A stretch of 20,000 bases of DNA, taken from a bacterium (GTDB lineage Bacteria; JADJOY01). Where the stretch lies: assembly GCA_046331705.1 (NCBI GenBank), contig JAXLQJ010000037.1, forward strand, positions 58,633 to 78,632, in the 5' to 3' direction. A model generated the notes under the pieces. It did no database searches. It had not been told where the DNA came from and saw nothing but the letters and a program-made list of their open reading frames with translations. The position numbers and the translations under genes are program-made. This document shows positions 1 to 7,036 of this stretch, one piece after another (within the stretch, counting starts at the first letter, position 1; each line of letters begins with the position of its first letter).

Positions 1-1171
1 CCAGCGGCAGGACCGCGTGCCCGTGACGCTGGTTTTTCCGCGCACACCCGCACCCGCTACGGGCTACCCCGTGGTGATCTTCCAGCACGGCCTCGGTGGG
101 TCGCGCACCTCGATCTTCGGCATCGCCAACACGCTGGCGGCCGCCGGCTACGCGACCGTGGGCATCGACGCCGTCGCCCATGGCATGCGCTATCAGACGA
201 CGGATCTCGTGCACAACCTCACGGATGCGCCAGGTCCCGACGGATTCGCCGAGGTCGACGGCACCCAGGTGCCCGTCGGCTTCTTCGAGGCGTTCCTGGA
301 TCTGCTCGCGATCCGCGACAACTTCCGCCAGAGCGCCGTCGACTTGATGGAGCTGGCGCGCTTGATCGCCGATCCCGGCCTCGATCTCTCCGCCGTTCCC
401 GGCGCACCGCGGCTCGACGCGAGCCATCTGGTGGTGATCGGGGACAGTCTGGGCGCGATCATGAGCACCACGTTCGCCGCCGTCGAGCCCGCCGTCGAAG
501 CGGCGGTGCTCAACGTGGCGGGCGGTGGCCTCGCCAACTACCTGCTGGTCAACTCGCCCGTCGAGGGCGGCGAGAACATCCCGCTCATCGCCACGCTCTT
601 CGGCATCGACCTCGCCAAGCAGTATCCCGATCGCTGGATGCCCTTCGTCAACGTGGCGCAGACCATCGTGGAAGCCGGAGACTCGCTGGCGTTCGGGCCG
701 CATCTCGTGACCGAGCCGCTCACGGTGAGCGGACTCGAGCGCAACCGCCCGCGGCACGTGATGCAGATCGAGGTGATGGGCGACGAGGTCGTGCCGAACC
801 CATCCAACGAAGCGCTGGCGCGTGCCATCGGCCTCGACCTGCTGACGCCCGCCGCGCGCAACGTGGACGGGCTCGCGACGGCGGCGAGCGTCGTGAGGGG
901 CAATCGCACCATCGACGGACGCACGGCGACCGCGGCGCTGGTTCAGCTCAACCCCGCCACCCACGGGTCCAATCTCGAGAACCAGCGCGGCGAGCTGCGC
1001 TATCGACCCGGCTTCCCGTTTCCCGGGTCCGATCCCTTCCCGCAGCTCGCGGCGCCGATTCCGGTCGACGAGCCATCGCGCGAGCTCCAGGAGAGCATCG
1101 TCCGCTTCATCGACTCCACCCGCGCGGGCGTCGCCGAGATCGCGAGCCCGGTCGCACCCGAGCCGTACTGA
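1..1171 (+). CDS. Alpha/beta-hydrolase, lipase-like (resembles Pla-1/Cef-type extracellular lipases); 5' end lies outside the window
   Basis: The frame is open from position 2 (CAG CGG CAG GAC CGC GTG...), so GTG17 is probably internal. It has the oxyanion motif FQHGLGG, nucleophile elbow GDSLG (GxSxG), and candidate Asp (GDEVVPN) and His (THGS) triad residues. Stop TGA at 1169-1171. Confidence 0.8.
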   Translation, partial: QRQDRVPVTLVFPRTPAPATGYPVVIFQHGLGGSRTSIFGIANTLAAAGYATVGIDAVAHGMRYQTTDLVHNLTDAPGPDGFAEVDGTQVPVGFFEAFLDLLAIRDNFRQSAVDLMELARLIADPGLDLSAVPGAPRLDASHLVVIGDSLGAIMSTTFAAVEPAVEAAVLNVAGGGLANYLLVNSPVEGGENIPLIATLFGIDLAKQYPDRWMPFVNVAQTIVEAGDSLAFGPHLVTEPLTVSGLERNRPRHVMQIEVMGDEVVPNPSNEALARAIGLDLLTPAARNVDGLATAASVVRGNRTIDGRTATAALVQLNPATHGSNLENQRGELRYRPGFPFPGSDPFPQLAAPIPVDEPSRELQESIVRFIDSTRAGVAEIASPVAPEPY

Positions 1172-1197
1172 TCGCCGCCCTTCGACTCGACTCCTCG

Positions 1198-2517
1198 ATG
1201 CCCATCGCCAGCCTGCTCGTTCGTGCCAGCCGTTCGCGGCGAGCGCCCTGGCTCATCGCGCTCGCCGCGCTCTCGATGCGCATGGTGCTCGGCGTGGGGC
1301 TGCTCAACCCGCGCGCCGCTCCCATCGGCGACGAGGTCATCTACGCCGAGCTGGCGCAGAACATCCAGGAAGCCGGCGTCCTCGGGCTCACCCCCGACAA
1401 TCCCACGGCGCATCGCATGCCGGGCTACCCGTTCTGGATCGCCGGCATCCAGTCGCTCACGGGTTCGACGTTGCTGGCGCCGCGCATGGCGCAAGCGGTG
1501 GTCGGATCGACCACTCCGGTCGCCATCTTCCTGCTGACCCGGCTGCTCTTCGGCGCGGGCGCGGCGCTGATCGCCGCCGTGCTCGCGGTCATCGATCCGT
1601 TCCTGATCTTCTACGACTGGCATCTGTGGGCGGAGACGACGACCATCGCGCTGGCGACGTGGACCGTCTACTACGCGGTGCGAAACGTGGATCGGCTCGA
1701 GGCGCGCCGGGGCGCCGTGCTGGGCTTGCTGTGCGGAGCGACGGTCTATTTTCGTCCCGACGCGATCACCCTCGGCCCGGCGCTGGTGGCGTGGTTCGCG
1801 TTCCGCATTCGCCCGTGGAAGCGCTGGCTCGAAGTCGCCGCCAGCGCGGGACTGGTCACGGAGCTCTTGCTGGTGCCGTGGCAGATCCGCAACTACCGGA
1901 TGACCGGCCATTTCGTCCCGCTGACCACCGAGGCGGGCTACATCCTGTGGCAGACCAACAACGTCGAGAGCATGCACAACTCGGGGATCAAGGGGTTCTG
2001 GTATCCCTGGCCAGGACATCCCGAGGCCAACGATTACGCGGCTTACCTCGAGGGACCGGATCTGAAGAGCGATCCGCGCTTCGCCGGGCTCACCAACGAG
2101 GTCGACCTCGACCGCCGCTGCAAGGAGCTGGTGCGCGAGTTCTGGTGGGAGCACCGCGCCGAGATGCCGACGTACGTGCTCCTCAAGTGGGCGCGCTTCT
2201 TCGCGCTGAGCCCTTCGTTCTCGTTCTGGAACCCGATCTTCGTCTGGGTCTCGCGGCTCTGGTACGGGGGCGTGCTGACGGCGTTCGTGATCGGGCTGGG
2301 CATCGCCGCGAGACGGAAGCTGCCGATCGGTGTTTACCTGTGGCTGCTCGCCGCATTCTTCGTCAAAGCGGCGATCGTCCACGTAAACTTCCGCTACCGC
2401 TTGCAGGTCGAGGCGATCCTCTTGAGCCTCGCCGGGCTGACGACCTTCACGGTGCTCGAATGGCTTTCGAGCAGGCGCATCGTCGTCGCGAGCCGGCCCG
2501 CGGCGCCACCGAGCTGA
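1198..2517 (+). CDS. Polytopic GT-C membrane glycosyltransferase, ArnT/PMT-like (GT39/GT83-like)
   Basis: Many hydrophobic segments, an acidic first-loop motif GDEVIY followed by RMPGYP, a PW-x-x-RNY segment before a large soluble loop, and C-terminal RYRL. It begins 26 nt after the hydrolase stop. Confidence 0.8.
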   Translation: MPIASLLVRASRSRRAPWLIALAALSMRMVLGVGLLNPRAAPIGDEVIYAELAQNIQEAGVLGLTPDNPTAHRMPGYPFWIAGIQSLTGSTLLAPRMAQAVVGSTTPVAIFLLTRLLFGAGAALIAAVLAVIDPFLIFYDWHLWAETTTIALATWTVYYAVRNVDRLEARRGAVLGLLCGATVYFRPDAITLGPALVAWFAFRIRPWKRWLEVAASAGLVTELLLVPWQIRNYRMTGHFVPLTTEAGYILWQTNNVESMHNSGIKGFWYPWPGHPEANDYAAYLEGPDLKSDPRFAGLTNEVDLDRRCKELVREFWWEHRAEMPTYVLLKWARFFALSPSFSFWNPIFVWVSRLWYGGVLTAFVIGLGIAARRKLPIGVYLWLLAAFFVKAAIVHVNFRYRLQVEAILLSLAGLTTFTVLEWLSSRRIVVASRPAAPPS

Positions 2518-2550
2518 CCAGCGCCGCGCGCAGGCGCCACCGCCGCTGGA

Positions 2551-3213
2551 TCAGCGGCGCGTCAGCCGGTGCAGACGCGTGCGCATCGCCTCGCCCATCT
2601 CGGGCACCGTGAGATCCTCCACGGCATCGCGAAAGCCGCGCTCGCGGAGCCGCACGAAGAATGCGTCCGTGGCGACGTAGAGTCGATCGGTGACCCACGC
2701 TGCACCATCGGACGCGACGTGGCGGTCGAGGAACGCCGCCAGCGCTTCGTGTTGAAGTGGGTCGTAGACGACGTCGGCCGCCAGCACCAGGTCGAACCGG
2801 CGATCGAGGGTATCGCGGGTGAAGTCGAGCAGGACCGTTCGCCAGCCGACGAGCCCGTTGGCCCGCGCGCTCGCCGCTGCGAACGCGAGCGACTCGGGCC
2901 GCAGGTCCGCGAACGTGACCTCGGCTCCGGCGAGGCCGGCGGCCAGCCCCGAGAGCCCGAGCCCCGCGCCGAGGTCGAGCACGCGGCGGCCGATCAACCC
3001 CGCTGCTCCCACGACGGCCCGCGCCAACGCTTCCGCGCCGGACCAGACGAGCGCCCAATAGGGCGGCTCGGCGGGTGCCGCCGCGCGCAGCAGCTCGTCG
3101 CGATCCACGTAGCGCTCCAGGTCCGCCACCTCCCAGAGCCGCACCGCCCGCGCGCGCTCACCGTCGCTCAAGCCCACGGTCCGCAAGCGTGCCTCGAATC
3201 CCGCGATCTCCAC
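2551..3213 (-). CDS. Class I SAM-dependent methyltransferase, Methyltransf_16 (METTL21/ETF-beta lysine methyltransferase-like), 220 aa
   Basis: Motifs PPYWALVWSGA, VLDLGAGLGL (motif I) and DLVLAADVVYD (the family's DxxY). The start is reassigned from 3693 to GTG at 3213, which has GAGGG 7 nt upstream. The ORF-track extension is antisense to the 3287-3712 gene. Confidence 0.8.
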   Translation of the reverse strand: MEIAGFEARLRTVGLSDGERARAVRLWEVADLERYVDRDELLRAAAPAEPPYWALVWSGAEALARAVVGAAGLIGRRVLDLGAGLGLSGLAAGLAGAEVTFADLRPESLAFAAASARANGLVGWRTVLLDFTRDTLDRRFDLVLAADVVYDPLQHEALAAFLDRHVASDGAAWVTDRLYVATDAFFVRLRERGFRDAVEDLTVPEMGEAMRTRLHRLTRR

Positions 3214-3286
3214 GCGTTTACCCTCAGAACGTGCTTGGTTCCCCACGCCAACCCTGCCATAACATCGGCCACGATCAGGAGGCCCC

Positions 3287-3712
3287 ATGAATCGAGACGA
3301 TTTCAAGCGTACGCTCAAGACCCTGAACCAGGTCGAGCGCGATCTCAAGCGGCTGGTGAAGAATGCGCGCAAGCTCGCCGAAGGTCTCGGGCAGGACCTC
3401 GGCGGCGTGTTCGACGTCGCCGTGCAACGCCGCCTCGAGGAGGCCGAGCGGCTGCTGGCGCCCCTCGCGAACATCCTGCGTCTCGGCTCCCCGGGAAGCG
3501 GCGCAGCGAGCCCTCGCCCTGCCCCCAAGCGCCGGGCCGGGCGTCCCGCGCCGGCAGCGCGGAAGTCGCGCGGTGGTCGCGGCCGCAAGCTCAACCTGAC
3601 CGCCGAGCAGATCCAGGACGCGCTGAAGCGCGCGAGCGGCATCAAGACCAAGGCGGCCGAGCTTCTCGGCGTGAGCATGCCGACCTTCAACAAGTACTTC
3701 CGCGCGACCTGA
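3287..3712 (+). CDS. Small basic DNA-binding protein: N-terminal coiled-coil-like region, P/A/R/K/G-rich linker, C-terminal Fis-type helix-turn-helix
   Basis: Strong RBS AGGAGG at 3277-3282. The C-terminus IQDALKRASGIKTKAAELLGVSMPTFNKY matches the Fis/HTH_8 pattern (I..AL....G....AA..LG.S..T). There is no AAA+ or receiver domain. Confidence 0.8.
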   Translation: MNRDDFKRTLKTLNQVERDLKRLVKNARKLAEGLGQDLGGVFDVAVQRRLEEAERLLAPLANILRLGSPGSGAASPRPAPKRRAGRPAPAARKSRGGRGRKLNLTAEQIQDALKRASGIKTKAAELLGVSMPTFNKYFRAT

Positions 3713-3786
3713 CGCCCGGATCCGCGCGCCGGGGGCGCTCTCGGTCGCGACTGCGCGCGGGCGTGATGGCCTTCTCGTGCTCACGC

Positions 3787-4359
3787 TCACGCGCGTCCCC
3801 GGCTTTGCCCGCGGCCGATCCCACCGGCGATCAGGTGCGCGACGCGCAAGGGCTCGGGCAGCTTGCCGTGGATGGCGAGCCTCGCGATGACCGCCTCGGC
3901 CACCGCGAGCGAGAGACCGACGCGCTGAACCACCAGCCCCTGGGCGGGCTCCATGACGCCGGCGCTCACGATCGCTGCCCATTTCCGATCCCCGCCGCGC
4001 ACGCCCCCGCGCAGCGCGGTCTCGATCGAGCGCAGATCGGGCATCCGCCGCGCCACCACCAGCACGGGCACGCCGAGGGCGCGACTCAGCCGATGGATGT
4101 CGATCACGTTGAACCCCGCCACGGCGATTCCCTGCAGCATCACCAGCTGCACCTGCGCGGCGAATCGCGAGCGACGGACCATCGCGGCGATCGCCCGCGT
4201 GGCGTCGTCACCGTCGCGCGCCACGGTGCTCGAGAGCACGCCGTCGAGCCGGGTCCCGGCGTACACGGTGCCCACCACGCGGACCCGCGCACGCGCCTGG
4301 CGGTCGAATGGCGCGTCGTCGATACCCACCACGTGCGAGGGGAGCGGACGCCCGCTCAC
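3787..4359 (-). CDS. DUF99 / UPF0215 family protein (endonuclease V-like fold)
   Basis: Motifs VVGIDDAPF, DGDDAT, LQGIAVAGFNVIDI and C-terminal PEPLRVAHLIA are typical of DUF99. The start is uncertain: GTG 4359 preferred, ORF track gives 4404. Confidence 0.85.
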   Translation of the reverse strand: MSGRPLPSHVVGIDDAPFDRQARARVRVVGTVYAGTRLDGVLSSTVARDGDDATRAIAAMVRRSRFAAQVQLVMLQGIAVAGFNVIDIHRLSRALGVPVLVVARRMPDLRSIETALRGGVRGGDRKWAAIVSAGVMEPAQGLVVQRVGLSLAVAEAVIARLAIHGKLPEPLRVAHLIAGGIGRGQSRGRA

Positions 4360-4467
4360 GTGCGTCCCGGGGCGACTTGACTTGGGGGCGGTTCCAGACG
4401 ACACAGTTAGGGCTCCCAGCCCGCGACGGCGCCGCTCACTCGCGCCGTGGCCCCGCCCCGCTCAACG

Positions 4468-7014
4468 ATGCCCCGCGATCCCGAGATAGGTGACCCGCCG
4501 GCGTGGTGGACGGCGGACGGCGACGACGAGGGCTACCGCGCCGCCGCGTTCGACGCCGGCGAGACCGCTCGGCGGGCTCCAGGCGATCCGCACGGCGAGC
4601 CCTACGGTGTCCCGGACGAGCTTTCCGCGGCGGCGGACCCGCCCCCCGAGCTCGTCGCCGAGCTGCCGAACGTGCTCGCCGAGGTGCACCCGCCAGCAAG
4701 CCCCACCCTGGTGGGCTTGCCTGCGCCTCAGCGAGTGATTTCGGCGCTTCCCGCCGATCAGCTCGAGCACTACATCATCGCGGGCATCCACCAGGACCGC
4801 AGCCCCGGCAATATTCTGGTGATTCTTCATCCGGCCAAGCGAAGTCGGCTTCCTGACGGGCTTTTCGAGGGTCTGGCGGAGCTGGGTTTCGCGGTGCACG
4901 TGGTCGAGACCCATGCCGACCACCTGTCGAGCATCCGGCGGGTTCGCGACAAGCTGCTCGAGCTCTCGGCGCAGCGCGCGCCGCTCGACGTGATCGTGGT
5001 CGGCGGCGATGGGACCCTGGATCATCATTTCCTGCTCGCGGCGTTCGCGGCGTTCTATCCCGACCGCGTTCGCGAGCGAAGTGGGATCATCCAGGCCACG
5101 GGCATCACGCCGCAGGACCTGGCGCGGGTTCCGGAGGAGCTGCGGCGCGGGCTCGCGCTCGACGAGCCCATCCCCGCCGTCGCTCCCACCGACCCCAACG
5201 TCAAGATCTGCTGGGTGCTGCGCAACCAGGTCGAGCCGCTGCTTCGTCGCGGTGCGACCGCCAAACGCATCGTGCGCAAGACGCGCCGCAAGGCCAACGA
5301 TCCGCTGCTGCGCCTCGCCGTGTTGGCGACTCTCTTTCCCACCAAGGTCACGCTGCAGCCGCCGTTCCTCGACCTGAGCGGCCTGGCCGAGGCCCCGCAG
5401 TCGGAGACCTTTCGCGGCCTCTATCCGTGGATCCGGTCGATCGTGCCCTACCCGGCCGGCACCGCCGCGGACAACGCGGTGTTCGCCGGTGTGCCCGGGC
5501 TGCTGTTCGGCTTGATCGCCGAGCGGCTGCGCGGCAACCCCGTCACGCGCCCCTTGATCCGGCCGTACTCGAAGCGCGCCCGCGCCCAGTTCATCGACTA
5601 TTTCACCAAGCAGGCCACCATCGTGCCGGCGCGCATCTCGCTCAACCGCATCGACGGTCGCTGGCAACGCATCGGCAGTCACGCAGCAGGCGGGCCGGGC
5701 TCGGCCGGGTTCTTCTCCGGCGATCTAGTCAAGAAGACCAAGACCCTCGCGGGCTATCTGGCGCGCATCCCCCAGGTGGTGCTCGAGGAAGGCATCTTCG
5801 GCACCACCAAGCTGCGCGTCGAGGCGTTCGATCCGTGGGGGCGCTCGACCTCGGTGACGGAGGGCGGGATCGCCGAAGGGCTGTTCTCGAATCGCACCTT
5901 TCTCGGCGGCGTCGGCTCGCTGCCCACCACCACTCCCACGAGCTTCGGCGGTGAGAGCTCGCTGCTCTTGATCCCGTCGATCGTCGGCCGATCGCCTTCC
6001 GGCGCGCGCACGTTCTCGATGCGCGGCGTCGGCGCGCTGGCGGAAGCGATCGTCAAGGGAATCCTGGCGCGCATGCTCCATCACGTGGGTCTCAACCCGG
6101 GCCGGCTCGCCGGCGAGGGCGAGATGTCGGTGCTCCAGCCCGCGCACCAGGTAGCGCTCAAGGAAGGCGGAGTCGTCTCGATCCAGTACGCGTACCAGGA
6201 CGGCACGCCGCGCGCGACCCCGATCCAGATCAGCGGCGATCCGTTCCAGGCGCATTCGCTCGCGATCAAGGTGTTCTGGGGGCCCGTGCCGTTGCTCGCG
6301 TCCCACGAGTCGCTGCTGCTCTCGAGCACGCGCCGCACCCTCACCCACTTGCGGCTGCAGCAGTCCTACGGCCTCAAGATGGCGTACATCGGCGGCGTGC
6401 ACTATTTCCGGCACGAGACCGGACCGGTGCGCCGCGACGAGATCGAGGCCCGCACCGGGCTCGCCGCGCCGCCGCTCTACCTGCCGCTCGACCTCGCCGG
6501 CATCCGTCGCAAGCTGTGCGCCGCGTGGCAGCGGCTCGGCACCGGCGACTTCGTGGACACCAGCGAGCCGGGGCGTCGCCTGCGCCGCAAGAGCCTCTAC
6601 TGCCACAACAACGACCAGTCCGCCCACCTGCTGCTGATGCGCATCGAGCGCGGCGACCTGCTGGTGCGCCAAGTGCGTCGCACGCCCTTCGGCGGCACGA
6701 TCTTCGAGGCGCGCACCACCTACCGCCAGGAATGGGGGACCTACGTCATCTCCCAGAGCCAGGTCTTCCACTGGCCGCGGACGCGCCCCGCGCGAATCCT
6801 CCAGGAAGAGCGGTTCTTCCGCGACGCCGCCGAGTTCCAGATGGAAGCGCCGGCCTATTTCCCCGTGCTCGCCTCGATCCCGGGCGCGCCGACGCTGCCG
6901 ACCAACGCGATCGACGACGCGCGCGAGGGCGCGAGCACCCGTGCCCCCGCCGAGCGGCCCGATCCCGAGCGCGGACAGACGGACGCGCGCGGCGCCAAAC
7001 CGACCCAACGCTGA
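4468..7014 (+). CDS. Large diacylglycerol/lipid kinase (DAGK_cat, YegS/DgkB)-fold protein with an insertion and terminal extensions
   Basis: VIVVGGDGT, then YPAGTAADNA (cf. PxGTxNDxA), SNRTFLGG (cf. NxxxxGGG) and PIQISGDP (cf. PxQxDGEP), all in the expected order. Start ATG 4468 or GTG 4447. Confidence 0.65.
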   Translation: MPRDPEIGDPPAWWTADGDDEGYRAAAFDAGETARRAPGDPHGEPYGVPDELSAAADPPPELVAELPNVLAEVHPPASPTLVGLPAPQRVISALPADQLEHYIIAGIHQDRSPGNILVILHPAKRSRLPDGLFEGLAELGFAVHVVETHADHLSSIRRVRDKLLELSAQRAPLDVIVVGGDGTLDHHFLLAAFAAFYPDRVRERSGIIQATGITPQDLARVPEELRRGLALDEPIPAVAPTDPNVKICWVLRNQVEPLLRRGATAKRIVRKTRRKANDPLLRLAVLATLFPTKVTLQPPFLDLSGLAEAPQSETFRGLYPWIRSIVPYPAGTAADNAVFAGVPGLLFGLIAERLRGNPVTRPLIRPYSKRARAQFIDYFTKQATIVPARISLNRIDGRWQRIGSHAAGGPGSAGFFSGDLVKKTKTLAGYLARIPQVVLEEGIFGTTKLRVEAFDPWGRSTSVTEGGIAEGLFSNRTFLGGVGSLPTTTPTSFGGESSLLLIPSIVGRSPSGARTFSMRGVGALAEAIVKGILARMLHHVGLNPGRLAGEGEMSVLQPAHQVALKEGGVVSIQYAYQDGTPRATPIQISGDPFQAHSLAIKVFWGPVPLLASHESLLLSSTRRTLTHLRLQQSYGLKMAYIGGVHYFRHETGPVRRDEIEARTGLAAPPLYLPLDLAGIRRKLCAAWQRLGTGDFVDTSEPGRRLRRKSLYCHNNDQSAHLLLMRIERGDLLVRQVRRTPFGGTIFEARTTYRQEWGTYVISQSQVFHWPRTRPARILQEERFFRDAAEFQMEAPAYFPVLASIPGAPTLPTNAIDDAREGASTRAPAERPDPERGQTDARGAKPTQR

Positions 7015-7036
7015 CGCGCGCGACCGGCGCGCGTCA
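7012..7036. terminator. Perfect 10-bp hairpin between convergent genes, possible bidirectional terminator or stabiliser
   Basis: TGACGCGCGC-gaccg-GCGCGCGTCA. The outer triplets are the stop codons of the two genes. No U-tract on either strand. Confidence 0.45.

Noticed and set aside
1000-2382. 460-aa minus-strand ORF, and similar long antisense ORFs (2569-4380, 4462-5682, 5725-7104, 6941-8629, 9237-10865, 11732-13126, 13156-15585, 16270-18147, 17814-19454)
   Set aside because: They are shadow ORFs opposite well-supported genes. High GC suppresses stop codons, and the translations are R/A/G/H-rich with no family motifs.
3235-3265. Possible sigma-70 promoter TTGGTT-N17-CATAAC (or TAACAT) for the Fis-HTH gene
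   Set aside because: The match is weak and the -10 register is ambiguous, so it is not called as a feature.
3214-3693. N-terminal extension of the methyltransferase ORF, suggesting an overlapping antisense gene pair
   Set aside because: A good RBS plus GTG at 3213 explains the gene, and the extension is the reverse complement of the Fis-HTH gene.
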